Assembly (NCBI GenBank): GCA_964057225.1
Contig: OZ059897.1
Location: 15,686,001 to 15,750,000, forward strand
DNA from: Auanema rhodensis
Taxonomy: Eukaryota > Animalia > Nematoda
Length of the DNA stretch: 64,000 bases
Direction of reading: 5' to 3'
A model generated the notes under the pieces. It had not been told where the DNA came from. It saw only the letters and a program-made list of their open reading frames with translations, and searched no databases. The position numbers were made by a program, and so were the translations under genes. Positions 50,401-64,000 of the stretch are shown here, in pieces. Each line of letters starts with the position of its first letter. Within the stretch, counting starts at the first letter, position 1.

Positions 50401-52757
50401 AATATATGTTCATTATTTTTTCAGCGATGACTGGCATAATGAGCAAGTTGAGTGGGATAGAAAACTTGATGGAGAGCAATACGTTTGGACTGATAATGTA
50501 AGTTCCACTACTTTTCTTTGCTTAGATGTTTTTTTAAAGTTTGTAAAACAAAATAATAAGTTCACTTAAAGCTTACGCTGCACATTAGTCATGTTAAGAC
50601 ATACTGATTGAAGATGTAAGCGTTAAGAACTATATAGTTGTGCTCATTTTGAATTTTTTTATTTTTTGGAAACAACAAATGGTTGGAAAATTTAGTCATT
50701 GTTTAGAAACTGACTGCAAAAAACTAGTGTCAAGTTGAAAAATATGAAAGATAAAGAAACTAATGCTTGAAGATTTCTATGGCATCTAGCACGAATCAGA
50801 TGAATTATTATTGCATTTTGATGTCTGTATGTCTCTTATATCTTGTCCTAAAATCTCTGTCACCGTAACTATGCATCAAAATTGAAAACATTCATTATGA
50901 AGACAACATGATGTGCTACTCAGCCAGTTGTTAGGCAATAGAAAATTCTCAATGTTGAGACATGAGAATACTTCTTTGTAAACGAAAATTCGTCAATGCT
51001 TAGTAATCTGTCAGATGCTTGCGTGATGAAGCATTGACGGCAATGACATTAACTCAAGATCTTCAATGGAAATGTGTAGTGTTCTTATATTTTTCTGGGA
51101 TAAAAAACCTATAGCTTTTGGGTATCTTCTGAGAGAGGAAAATATAATTTTGTGTGCCCTAATCTGATTTCTCTCTATCGACAGTTTCCTTTCATTTTGT
51201 TTCAAAACAAGTAACATAATAGAACATTATAAGAAAAAGCTACAAGATGTACTTTCGATTTTTTGTTTCCTTAAGAGTTTCTAATTTCTTTGATTATAGT
51301 TTTTGTTATTGAAAGCTTCTTATATTATTTCCTCCCCCCTCTAAAGTTACCAAAAATATCAAGAGGGGGTTCAATCAAATAAACGAGTAAAGTGAGTAAA
51401 ACGAGTAAGGCTTCAACTAACCTCAACATGCCAGCTTTTCTCTACCTAATCAGTATTTTCTTAAATTCTTCGACTTTGAAACTTTGGTTTCAATATTTTG
51501 AGTGGCAGATTTCTCTATGTTGATAGCAGTTTGTCATTTTAAAAATCAAAAATGAATATGAAGAGAAAAGATAGAAATATAATTTCAAACTTTTTTTTGA
51601 AAGATATTAACTGGACTTTGTTTGACTTGTTTGGTTTTTTATTTGTCAAATTTCGTCTCTACGGGATTAATGAATCTTGATAAAAGTAATAGAAAACGTC
51701 AAAAAAGATGTCAGATCGAACTTTAATATAGTACATATCAAGATTATGATAGCAACAGTGGTTTTTTTCATCGATCTTTGTTTTCTTATTTTTTTAAAAT
51801 CTAATATTGAACATAAGAGAGAAATACTGTTTCAAAAATTGGATAAAATTGATAGTTGAATATATTTATATACATTCAGATCATCGGAAATGTTCTGACA
51901 AGTGAAATTGTTCCAAAGAACTGTACTGCTTTCGTTTTTACTCCTCGTGAATCTTCAGCCTACGCTCACATCAATTCTCATCTATTGGCTGAGGTATGTT
52001 TTATGTAACTGTGGTGATGATGCAACTGATTATATTTAAGAAATTCACCTGCAACGTTTGGAATGTTGAGACAAAACCATATCTTTACCGTACTTCTCTG
52101 TCTAAGGCCAATACGATCAAGGACAAGAGAGTCAGGTGAATAGAATTTGTTTTACGAATTTGAAAAAATTCAATATCTTTATCTTGATTTAAATAAAATT
52201 CATGTTTAGTAACCTTATATGATATAATTTGTAGATTTGCATGGAATAATAATTTGGCTTCATCCATCAACTATTGGAAAACTCGTGATGCTTCTTTCGA
52301 GACTTTCATTGCTACTGAACTTCTTTCAAGCAGCACTGACGAAGAACTGAAGTCTATCCAGGTAAACATTTCAATTTTCAATTATTTAAATAAATATTCG
52401 TTTATTTAATTTTTCTCATTGATGTATCTTTTCAGACTATCATGAACCCTGAGGCTCATATTGTTATTCTTGAGCCCGTTGACAACTACGACGAAGAAGT
52501 CATCAAGGAGGTTTGCTTAAGATCAATTTATATAATTAATATATATTTGTTTCTTAGAAATTATCCGTAATAGGTTTGAAGAAGGCTGTAATCAAGGATG
52601 TTACATCTGAATGCCATAGTGCTCAATTGGAATACATGCAGAAACATCAACTCGTTAGTTCAAATACTATTTACAGCTTTTCATAATTGATGTAATAATA
52701 TTGCAGAAGGAAGACTTGGTATCCAAGAAGTGGCTTTTGATTCAGGGACATTTGTAA
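44497..52757 (+). CDS. pmt-1: Phosphoethanolamine N-methyltransferase PMT-1
   Basis: Exon 1 (44497-44543, [16 protein letters not shown]) splices in phase 2 to 47880. Then [38 protein letters not shown] (SAM motif I), [50 protein letters not shown] at 52755-52757. A second in-frame ATG lies at 47884. Confidence 0.96.
48185..48203 (+). repeat. G14 homopolymer plus G4 run after a (GA)n run, in a pmt-1 intron
   Basis: GGGGGGGGGGGGGG-A-GGGG seen directly. Confidence 0.9.
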
Positions 52758-53813
52758 ACAAAAGTTTTTGTGTTATTTTTGATTTCTCTACCCAAAATAG
52801 ATGTTTATGTTTCCTACAACAATTTGTTTCTTCTGCTCTCAAACAGCATTCCAGCTTACTGGTTCAAGAAAAACTCCATTTTTGCTGTTTTTTCATTATA
52901 TTTCTTTGACTTCTTTTTTTCTCCTATTATCCTCTTTAGAAAACGATTTGTTTAGTAGCCGTTTGAGTTACTTTTCATATGTCGCATGTAGGAAATTCTT
53001 TGGCAACTTATGTCATCGTTACTGTCATCCTCATCCACATCCTCATCATCATCATCATCACTATTATTATTAGTTTATTTTTTTATTTAAAAAAAGAAAA
53101 GAAAACAAAATCACTGTTTATGTACAGACAGCCTGTGCTATTTCGCTTTGTAGGATCTCAGGCTAAAAAAAATCGTATTTTTCAATTTTCTTCAGTCATT
53201 GTTCCATTAAAAGTAATAAAGATTTTTCTGTCTAATATAACTTAGATTACTGGGTTATAACAAGATAAATCACAATAGTTACGTTGATGAAAAAGATACA
53301 AATAGATGATAAAGTTTCATCAATGAACAAGTATCACGATTGAAAATTGGTATTTCTAAAAATGAAAAATTGCCAATGTTTTTTATGAATAACATTAGGT
53401 TATCCGTGAATATGGATACTTCCATCTCAGGTAATCTAATCCGTCAAAACTCTTCTGACGAGGATGGCAAGATTCAGGAGCTATTGGTAATTGGATAAAT
53501 GTATTCAGAAAACGATGACGAAAGTGATGATGTTGACAGTGATAAAGGGAAAGTATCATCATGCATATCAGAAAAACGTATTTGTTTTTAGAATAAGACA
53601 ATGACTATCATCTTCATCATTGCCATCATGATATTTGAAGATACTAGACACTTTGGAAGTGTCCTCTAACTCTTGAAATTGGCTATAATACTGCTTTTCA
53701 AGAATAATAAAGAAATTAGAGGTGTTAGAGATTAGAGATGATAAATTGATTCATTAACTTTCCTATTTTCCACAATTTTTACTTCCTTCCTTCCTGCTTT
53801 TTCTATGCTCATT

Positions 53814-53846
<33 letters not shown>

Positions 53847-53908
53847 AGTTCTCTCTCTCTCTTTCTCTCTCTCTATCTCTCTCTCTCTCTTTCTCTCTCT
53901 ATCTCTCT
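53814..53908. repeat. (CT)n microsatellite
   Basis: Long interrupted CT run. Confidence 0.95.
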
Positions 53909-56900
53909 TTTTCACATTCTCTTTATTTCTTTTTCGTATCAAATAAAATGTTGCTTAAATTTCACGTGAACCTGAGAGAGCCCTTACATTCATTATGTTG
54001 AACGGTTGGCATAATATCCTTTTTCGCTTTCATTCCTGCCAATGTATCTTCATTCATAAACTTTACTTGTTAATCTATGAACATGACAATTACATCGCAA
54101 TCAAACTTAAGTAATCACTAGGATTCAAAAAAGATTCATTTCGTACCCAATTGAATATTTGCTTTGTAACACAATCGCCATTAACAGACTCCTCCACAGC
54201 CTAGAACATTATCAAGAATAACCTGATCAACAAGCATAGACTTCTTTGAATATTGTGATATTGGTACAAGAATCTTCATTTTGAATTTTTTCCTTTTTTT
54301 CCACTTCCTCTTTCCTCATTTACATTGTTATAATTCACATAAGTTGAAAATTTCTTGATATGAATAATCTAAACAACTATTTATTTCTCGTAGCAACCCA
54401 ATATTCAATTAATCACATCAGTAGAACCTTGTAATATAGTTATATGTATATATTACATAGATGTCATATATCAAAAAGTTTTATAGTTTTATAGAAAATT
54501 AAAAAATATATTATAAGCTTATTATGTTACATACATATAGTTAATGTGATACATACGATTACTAGAAATGATCAAGATTTAAAGAGATATTGATGCTTAA
54601 GGACACTCTAGGTACGTTTAGTCTCCGGAAGAAATGTAAACAAAGCGTCAAATCAGTTTTTGCGTTCCGTTGTTCCATTCATCTTTCTGGCTCTTATCCA
54701 AACGGCTTACTCTCTTCATCTTTTTTTCAGTATTACTACCAGTTCTTGCTATTATGTTGAAACTATAGATGTGTATGCACATATCATCTTTCAAGTTCTT
54801 CAATTCATACTCTCATCATTGGAAGTGTTTTCAAATATTTTTGATTCTAGAAAAGATACAGACTGATATTATGATGAATCATCGTCAAGCTATAACATAT
54901 CAGATTAAGTTTTCTTTGAATCATGAAACGATCTTCAATAAAGCACTTTTAATCTTGATATCGTTTTGGCATTAAAATTTTAAAAGAATACTTCAAAAAG
55001 ACTTTTAATGGGACCATAGATTTATCATATGACATTTATTTATTGAAAGTAAATCAGCCATAGAAAAGGAGAGAGGGAGAGAAGATTGCAAGTAAAACCC
55101 GGAAGAGGATTAACCTTTTTTTGAGAAAGATATCAAAATGTACTTTTATCTATTTTATACTGAAAATTCAAAATTCAAATTTCAATTTTATGTTTTCTTT
55201 TTTTCTTGCTTGCAAGCAAATCGTCCACATCAAATACATATCCAAACGCTAAAGTTCGTATATTTCAAATTTATTTTTCTTTTCCTTATGTCAAAAGTTT
55301 TCTTTGTTTCCATACATACATATAATCTATAACAATGAAGTCAGATATCTAAACTGTCAGTTTTTTTACATCAAAGATGAGTCTATTTCATTGTTTCATT
55401 TTACAAAGAAAATCATCTTTATCAAACTTTGTTCTATATTTCTTTATCTATATATTGAAGCTTCATCTTTATCTCTAAATCTTCAAAAAATGTCTTTCTA
55501 TTTCGTTACCAGATTTCCTTTTTTCAGCATTTTTTCCTCTGGCCGGGACCATCCGTTTTGCTATTTAGTCTTTCTATCCTCAATCGCTCCCGTAACGTTT
55601 TGCTCAAACCTACTCCCTCTCCCTCCTTCTATCTCTCCCCCTCTTTCCACATTTTTACTCTCCTAAGTTTTCAAATTTTCCATATACGCCTCCCTCTCAT
55701 CTCATTCTTTTCAAAATGGTCTAATCCATTTTTTTTTGATTTCTCATTAGCCAAGAGCAAGTTTTTGAGCTCATTTCAATTTCTTCCGCCTAGCTTTTGA
55801 CCTTCTTGTTCTGCAGAATATTCGCGTACGATTTGCGTGGAAGCAATTTTCTTGCTCATATTCATTCTATAACGTTGGCTTTAAGGAAACGGTTGCTCTT
55901 AATTTTCTCTTTCCTCTGTCTCTTCATAGGTTTTGGTCTTTAATCACTTTCATTTTCAAAACTTTAAAAATATATGATCTTTTAGTATATTTTCTAACTT
56001 AACTAGTATAGTTTATAAACCATTCATATACATGTAAGAAATATATAAATCTATTTATTTATTATAATTTAATTATTATGACTTTATAAATTTTTATATT
56101 TAAATATGATTATAACAAAAATAAAATACGATTCTTGATTCTATGTTCTCATTTTATTATTTTTATTATTCTTTATGAGTTTTAATTTCCTCTAAAAATC
56201 TCAATTACAGAAGAGCATTCAAGTTAGATGAAGCTTCAAAGAATATATCCTAAAATACGATATTTATTCTGTTTAAAATATTATTTGGAGAGAAAAAAAT
56301 ATTTAGCAACTAAATTAAAGGCAATTTTTGTGATTTTGCATGATTGCTCAGATTAATAGATAATAACAGAGTTACTAATTATTTTGTTTTTTTGTTATGA
56401 TAAAATTAATATCCATATATGGTATAATGCTATTCTAATTTGCCGATATCTATTCTAAAATTGAATCTCATGACTCGATGGAAAGATAACCTGCAGGTTT
56501 TCCTCTTTATAGAAATTGTCAAAAAGAACTATTTTTATATGAATCTCTTTATATATTGAAATGACATATTTTTGGATTTTCTTAGATGAGCATCATCACA
56601 AATCAGTCAGTTGGGAATGAATGGCGAGACAAAGATACCAGTGTGTGAGAGAGAATGAAAAGAGGGAATAGCAACCATTTGAGTTTCGAGAGGAAGAAGA
56701 AAAAGAAGAAAGAAAAGAAATACACTTTAATGAATTTGAATAATTTTTTTATATTCATCTCATCAGCTGTTTATTTTGTCTCAGTTCCGGTAGAATACAT
56801 CCCTGCAGTGCTATTACAGATTTTAACAGAAAGGCTCAATTTTATCAAAAAAAACAACAAAATAATTCAATTTTAATTTTGATATTCACTATTACCGTTG

Positions 56901-57158
56901 TGATTGTTCAATGTGTTATAAATTTTTCTATTTCATGATATTCACATCGTTTGGCATATATCCTTCTGATGGCTACATAAAGCTTCTATTCCATTGTTAT
57001 ACTCTTTTTTTTCAGATAAAGTTTTTCTTGTTTCTGCTAAAAAGCATCCATGTTTTCATCATATTCTCATTTTCTTTGAATAAATAGTATTCTAGGATTG
57101 GATTACTCTATCATACTTTGAGTCATATATTAGCAAACTGTTTAAATGTATTTCCCTT

Positions 57159-57203
57159 CTCTCTCTCCCTCTCTCTCTCTCTTTCTCTCCCTTTCTCTCT
57201 CTT

Positions 57204-57296
<93 letters not shown>
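57159..57296. repeat. compound (CT)n(AT)n microsatellite
   Basis: A CT run directly followed by an AT run; explains the SLSL/IYIY ORF artefacts. Confidence 0.95.
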
Positions 57297-57299
<3 letters not shown>

Positions 57300-60200
57300 C
57301 TTCTCTTATTGCCAATTGTTGCCTTCTTTCCTCTATCAGACAATCTGAAATATGAGATGAATATGCAGTTCAAACGCATTTTTGAGATGAAAAAACATTC
57401 TTTCTCTTAACTTACTAGGAACTCTCCACTTATTCATTTCCATCAGAATGACATGTTGAACTCAACTTCCGTTGACATTTTCGTTTTCAGACGTCCTCTA
57501 TTTGGTCCCGAGACAGTTCTTTCTAAAATATTTAAAACTTATACTTCATTTGATCTCTATTTTTGATTTCATTTTCTCTATTTATTGAGCTAACAGTCTT
57601 TGATTTGAAAAAAACCACAAATCAAAAATGTTTGTTGTAATCAACATAAGAAGATTTATTTTGTGTCTCATGTTAATTTTAGCCAAATCATTCATTTTTT
57701 CTTCAAAATAGTCTAAAAATCATTCTCTTAAGCTTTGACTTGTTCATAACAACTACATCTTATCCAAGTGTTTAATGTCTGTTCTTCACAGACGTTTTCG
57801 TGTTAAGATCAAGTTTTCACACGTTACTTTGATATGAAAAAAAAGACAAGAAACCTTTATGAAAGAATATTAATCAAATCATGTTATTTTCAAGTTTTAG
57901 AGTTTTACGGTTAATGTTAAAATTTGAAAGTTACAAATTTTCTTTTATTTAAAACATAAAATCAAATAAAATACATAAACTCAGAACAAGGATATAATAT
58001 GTATATACAATTGACTATTTTATTTAAATTTTCAAATAAAAGTGAAAGTTGTTCAAATATTTCTTTTTTTATTTAAATTATTCAATATTTAAACTTATAC
58101 CGTATGCTTCAATTTAATAATGAAATAGTTGCAGATATTGAACTGATTCCCTTCTTTTAGAAGGCAAATCGTTGATATTTTGCAAAAAAAAACACAAAAT
58201 CACATTATCATCCACAAAAGCATGAATATTGTAAATATATACATATTTATATATAATATATTAATATATTCATGTAGTTTACACTTTCTTTTTTCTTTCT
58301 TTTTTTTTGTTTTTTTTTCCTTGAAAACCAACTTGTCATACAAAAGTTTTATATTCATAATCATAAATAATATTTTGTTCATTTCATTTAGTTGTCTTAA
58401 CTTTCTTATTCTTCAAGAACATGCTGCTAAATCTTCAAAAACTCTTTTGGATTCAAGTAATGATGATGCTCTAACATCAACTACTATAGGAAATACTTAG
58501 CTCTATATATTTTTCGGTCAATTCAGAATATTGTTTTCCAGACATATTTCTACAATATGAATAATTTTTTCCTATTCTCTCCTTTTTTTTCCTTATTTCC
58601 TTTTTGAGATCATTTTCAACATAAAACATGCTTTTTGATTTTCTAAATTCAACTATTTATCAGCTGACTTACGTTATTATATAAAAATATTGCAAATGAT
58701 ATAATAAATGATGATTTGCATGTAAATTATATGAGAAATTAATCTGTTTCCCCCTCAAATATCCAAGAATTGCATGTTCTAAACTAACGATTCTTGAATA
58801 GTTGAATTCAACAAACATTTAATAATAATGAAAATACAAACAAGAATCGTTTTCATCGTAATACTTTATTTTATTTGAAGTTTTAAGAATTATTTGAAAA
58901 TAATAATAAACTATGTACATACTCATCTGTCTATGTATCTCTATATACATACATGTAACTTCTACATTTTTTATATTTCTTATAATTTCTTTGTAATTTT
59001 GTGTTCTCTCTTAGTATTATTTCTTTATCTTATCATTCAAACAAACTGAATTATTCGTTATATCCCCAAAGGAATTTCATGAAAAGGAGAGACAAAGTGA
59101 AAAAAGAATTAGAAAGAGAGATTTTTAAAAAAATAAGTTTATTGAAGTGCCACATTGACCGTCATTCAAGCTTTCATGTTATCTGATTCTTTTTGTCTTT
59201 GTGGTTGGTCTGACAAAAATATATGAAAAGAGAAAGAGAAACCAAAAGAGGAATAGATATTGAAAAAGATTTGAATATAAAAAATAACACAAATCTGTTG
59301 AAAAATAGAAGAAAAGTCATGAAGAACTTACTAACCAAGATTTTTGTTAGAATGAAGCTTGCTTTTTCAATTTAACCAAAAAAATATAATCTATTAAGTA
59401 AAGTTGTAATGAATTAATTGTAAATATTCTTCAATATTAGTAGTATCTCATGGTAAAATAAAGATTCTTGAAATATCATTTATAACAACATCAAAATTAT
59501 TTATTCAATTAGCTTGCGATGATTTTTTTTGTTTTTGCTCTTTGTGGGAAAAAAAAAAGGAAATATTGTCAGAAACGCCTTCTATTTGGAAAAATCCACT
59601 TGGAAGTTTTTAAAGTATAGATAGTCAATGTTTGGCCAATACACTACAATTATAGCTTCAAGCTATTTATTTAAGTTCAGGTCGTTTTGATGATATTGAC
59701 GAATCAAATGATATACCAAAACCTCGTAATTTTAACTTTCCTTCCGTAAATTGAATTTTTCAATTTCTCTACTATTGTCTGAACAATTTCAAATGATCAA
59801 TTTCTTTTTGCTCAGTTGAAACGTTTTTTTTCCATTCTCAGGTATATTTCTGTATTTCCTCATTGCAAAATACTTATTTATACATAAAATTAATATATCA
59901 AAATGAATTAAATAGAAACTTAGATAGTTGTCGTAACACAACAGAATAACCTAATTTCTTGTATAGCTAAATAATTCTTTCATTGCCGTCATTTCAGTCA
60001 AGTTTTCCTGCCACAATTCCTTTTCTCGGGAAAAGCTTTGTCTAAAGCTTTCATGCCTCTTATCTCCGCCTTTCAAAAAACGATTTGAACTTTGCAAGCA
60101 TCACTACATCTGTTTTCATTTTTTTCTTCTTATTCCCCCTCTCTGTTTTACTTTTCCAATTAATCTCTTGTTTAACACAAATTTGAGATTATATTGAAAA

Positions 60201-63200
60201 TAAAAAAAACAATAAATAATATATTCTTTTCTAAATTATAAACCATTAATCCTTGTATATACCTTGAAGTCTGTCTTCATTATATGTATGTTTCTGTAAT
60301 ATTGTACCTCCTTAAAATATTATTTGTATCTGATTAAATACAGATAATCAGAAGTTTGTTATGAGGAACGTGATCGGCTGATAGATCAAAACATCATTTT
60401 TACGAAAAAAAAAGAAAGAAAGGAAGTACCGTTGGGAATTCACTAAACTGCTCGAAAGAGATTTACAGTTATAAAAACTTATTCTGTTCTTATGGATAAT
60501 TTTTTTCGTCAGAAGGCTATGAGTAGCTTATTAACTCGATCTAATTTATTTTATATTTTACTAATATTTGAAAATATTCTAAAAATTCTAACAAAAATTT
60601 GATTAAGTTTTGGGGATGAATAGCCTATTCATCAATGTAGACTGTTGATTGTTTGCCAGGTGGTTAAACGCAATATGACTTTAAGTTAAATGAAATGGCT
60701 CATTTTAAGTTGAAAATGAATGAAAAAACGTAATGATAGTTAACTATTAATGATTTATTATACAAATATTATATATCTAATATATATATATATATATATA
60801 TATTTATGATTATATATTAAAGATGAATTAGTTCGCTTCATTGATCATTTCTCTTTGTTTCTATTCTTTTCCTTTCTTTTTTCCTTTTAATATACTTTCG
60901 TCGTCATCCTCACAACCTTTTTAAGTCCCAAAGGTGTATGACTTAACCTCCTTCGTATTTCTTTTCTTTTTTTGTAAAAAAAAATCAAGAAATGACGTAA
61001 CAACTCACTTATACTGATTATAATATTTCTCCCAAATATTTAGTCTTGAATGATAATAAAACAATAATATCTTAATACATCATGTTTTTAAATAATAAAA
61101 ATCTTTAATCGTATTAATATTGTATATACATATACTATATAGTTATATATCTTTACATAACTATATTCATATTTATATATTATTTTCATTTTTTTTTTCA
61201 AAATAGATATGTATGAGAAATAATATTAATAATAATTCTTCTTTATAATAATAAAACGTAGATTTTGCTCTTTTATGTCTATTATGGTGTGCTTTCAGGT
61301 GATGGACTACTATTAGAACATCCTGAAAACTTTAATTTTCTATTTAATCTTCGTCATTTATTCGTTCATATATTCATATTTATTTATTTAACTTACTATT
61401 GTTATTAGACCTTTCAAAAGTAAAATTATATATTTTTTCAATTAAAAAATATTTTTTATGCAGATAAATCTAAATATTTTTGTAATAATATAAGATATAA
61501 ATCAAATTTTTATATATTTCAATTTCAATTTGACTTCTTTTTTTCTATTCCTCCCTCTATTCTTTAATTTTTCTATATGACTGATATAGACATATTATTT
61601 GGCAATCATACAAAAAAGTCAAGTTGACATTACAGAAAAAGTGGATGGAAGAGATAGATTGAGAGAGTTAGATGAAGAGAAGAGATGTGAGAGAGGTAAA
61701 ATAAGAGAAACAGAACGGGAGAAACTACATAAATGAAAAATGAAAGAGAAAAAAATCTACTATGAGTTCAGCGTATTATTAAAGCCTTTTTAAAGCATTT
61801 TTCTAGATCAATTTTCAGTGTCCCATCTCTTTGTTTATATTTCAACCTTATTTGATTTTCATTTCTTTGAAATGTTCGTTCAGCAAAAAAAAAAGTTTGA
61901 ATTTCAACTTTCGGTTTGCTCTCCTAAAATAGGAAAATAAAACTGCGAGGGTGGACGAACAAATGAACCAAGCTGAGATGGGATGGCAATGACGTGCAAG
62001 GGATATAACTTTCCAATTTCCTATCATAAGCTTAAAACAATTTTTTTGGTGTTTCCGATGTTTAGTTTATGAAATATAAAGAAATCTGTCAATCATTTTT
62101 ATATTTTGTAGACAATCATTTCATATTTCAAACAAAAAAAATAAGAAGTTTTTTCTATGTTCTTCAACACATCACAATATTCATTTTATTAGCTTCAAAA
62201 ATTTAAAAAAATATTAAAGTATTATTAAATAAAAATTATTATTTATATAAAATAAATAAATATATATATATTATATAAGTTTATCTATATATATATATAT
62301 CTAAAACTTAGAGGTTAAAATAATGAAAACAACATAAATATATCTATATATATTATGTATATACATATATTATATTATTTCTACTTTTTTAATATGTATA
62401 TTTAATTAAATTATAATATTTTATCAATTTATTCATTTCTTTATTTAAAAATAATGTTTCATATTAATATATTTCAATGTAAAATTAATATATGAAGTTT
62501 CATCTCCTAATCAACATTAAAAAAAACTTAGACAACATGTACTTTCATTTCAATTATATTAAATTTTTGTAAAATGTAAATTTCAATATATGATATCATT
62601 CAATTTTATAATTTTTCCAAACAATTCTAAACTATAAGTTCTATATATATACGGTATTTTAGAAAAGTTTATTTCTGTATATCATACGTGTTAACCATGC
62701 GTTTTTCGATCAGTTAGATCATTTGTAATTTATTTTATTAGAAATGTTCTAAAATTAAATAAAAAAAATGTTTACTGTCTTTCTAATACTTATAATTTTA
62801 TTCAATTTTATTATTAAAAAATGCTTTATAGTAAATAGTAAAGTTGCACATAATTTAGAAAAAATTAGAATATTTTCATTTTTTTTGCCATACTTTGATA
62901 CTTACTATGAGACAATTATTTTATTTTTAAAAGCGTTTGCATCTCAATTTAGAAAGGTTGGATAATCCAAATGAAGCATATACTATGTCATATAATACAT
63001 AAAATATTATATTAAACATATATAAATATAAATAAATATATATATATATATATATATTGTTTATTTTTATTTTATTTTATTATAACTCTTGATCCTGTGA
63101 TTTGTTTATGTTTTGCAAAATTGAATGAGATGCTCTTTTATCCTCACCTGACATCCGATTTATTGTCTGAATGTTTTTTCATCGTACTTATTGAAAACTT

Positions 63201-64000
63201 TAATATAATATTATACTATATTATTTGTAAATGCATCTATATCTATATATAACATTTTTTATTTATATATACTATATTAATCTATATAAAATAGTTTATT
63301 TATGCTGCCCTATTGGCATGAAAAACTATTGTGTATCAACTAAAATATCTTATTATTAATAATGACTCAGTTTATAAATTAATAAAAAATATAAGAAAAG
63401 TAAGTTCATAATGTTCAGGAAGTATTTGATTGTTCTTTTCTTGTTTTTCATTATCCATTCTTTTTCTTAGTTGAAATATTTGAAAGATATAACAAACATC
63501 TAAGGAATTGAAGCTCAACTATCTTTAACATTCATTTTCGAATATATTATATAAATTTATCTATCTATCTATATATATATATATAGATTTATATATTTTT
63601 ATACACAAATTTCTATCTTTTCTATCATTATTTTTGGTTCATTTTCTATTTTAAACTCTTAACATACATGAATTTCTTATTTCTATTTTCCTCTTTTTCT
63701 GTCGTGACGACACAAGAATTAGTTTGCAGAATCAAAACAGAAACAAACGAAATGAATTATATTTTTATTTTATTTTTATTCTTGAATCCTCTTATAATAT
63801 GGCCTTTGTGTTACAAGTTTCCTGTTACAGAGAGGTCCACGAGAGGCGGGACACAAAATTCTATTCTTGAATTCCCATATATGCTCCTCCCTTTGCGACT
63901 TCCAACATCATCTATTGTGGCTACTGAACTTTGACTACTCATTCCTTTCCTTTCACGAGAAAGAATCTAACCTCCTAACCTTCTGTATCATTTGATCGGT

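Noticed and set aside
21736-52757. MTAP and pmt-1 as a SAM-metabolism gene cluster
   Set aside because: They are 21 kb apart on opposite strands with unrelated genes between; nothing supports this beyond coincidence.
52801-53073. ORF ending in a His-rich tail
   Set aside because: CAT/TAT triplet repeats in the pmt-1 3'UTR.
60652-60690. GCCAGGTGGTTAA...GACTTTAAG resembling tRNA D and anticodon arms
   Set aside because: No T-arm or acceptor stem.
1-64000. Telomeric TTAGGC arrays, SL RNA genes, transposase/RT ORFs, CRISPR arrays, non-canonical introns
   Set aside because: None found by eye. Only isolated TTAGGC hexamers occur, and all introns I traced were GT-AG.

Overview
This is eukaryotic, AT-rich nematode genomic DNA, most likely a clade V rhabditid other than C. 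elegans. The signs are ~40-55 nt introns, TTTTCAG-type acceptors, and acceptors placed just before several ATGs, which suggests SL trans-splicing. A compact gene-dense core (~11.4-43.5 kb) carries ASCC3 helicase (+), MTAP (-), eIF4G/ifg-1 (-), a RING-CH/MARCH-like ligase (+), a SMIM15-like gene (+) and Disabled/dab-1 (+). pmt-1 (+) follows at 44.5-52.8 kb. The flanks (1-11.4 kb, 53-64 kb) are very AT-rich and microsatellite-rich. The left flank holds the 5' exons of an unidentified minus-strand gene that leaves the window, apparently with several alternative first exons. The main hidden feature is a complete 6-exon, 195-aa antisense gene that the ORF track misses. It fills the one long ASCC3 intron and encodes a signal peptide, an 8-Cys ectodomain and a C-terminal hydrophobic anchor; from memory it resembles the sperm-activation protein SPE-12. 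A second cryptic small spliced gene may lie after dab-1. All gene models were spliced by hand. Homology calls come from recall, not searches. No tRNA, rRNA, CRISPR array or autonomous transposon was found.
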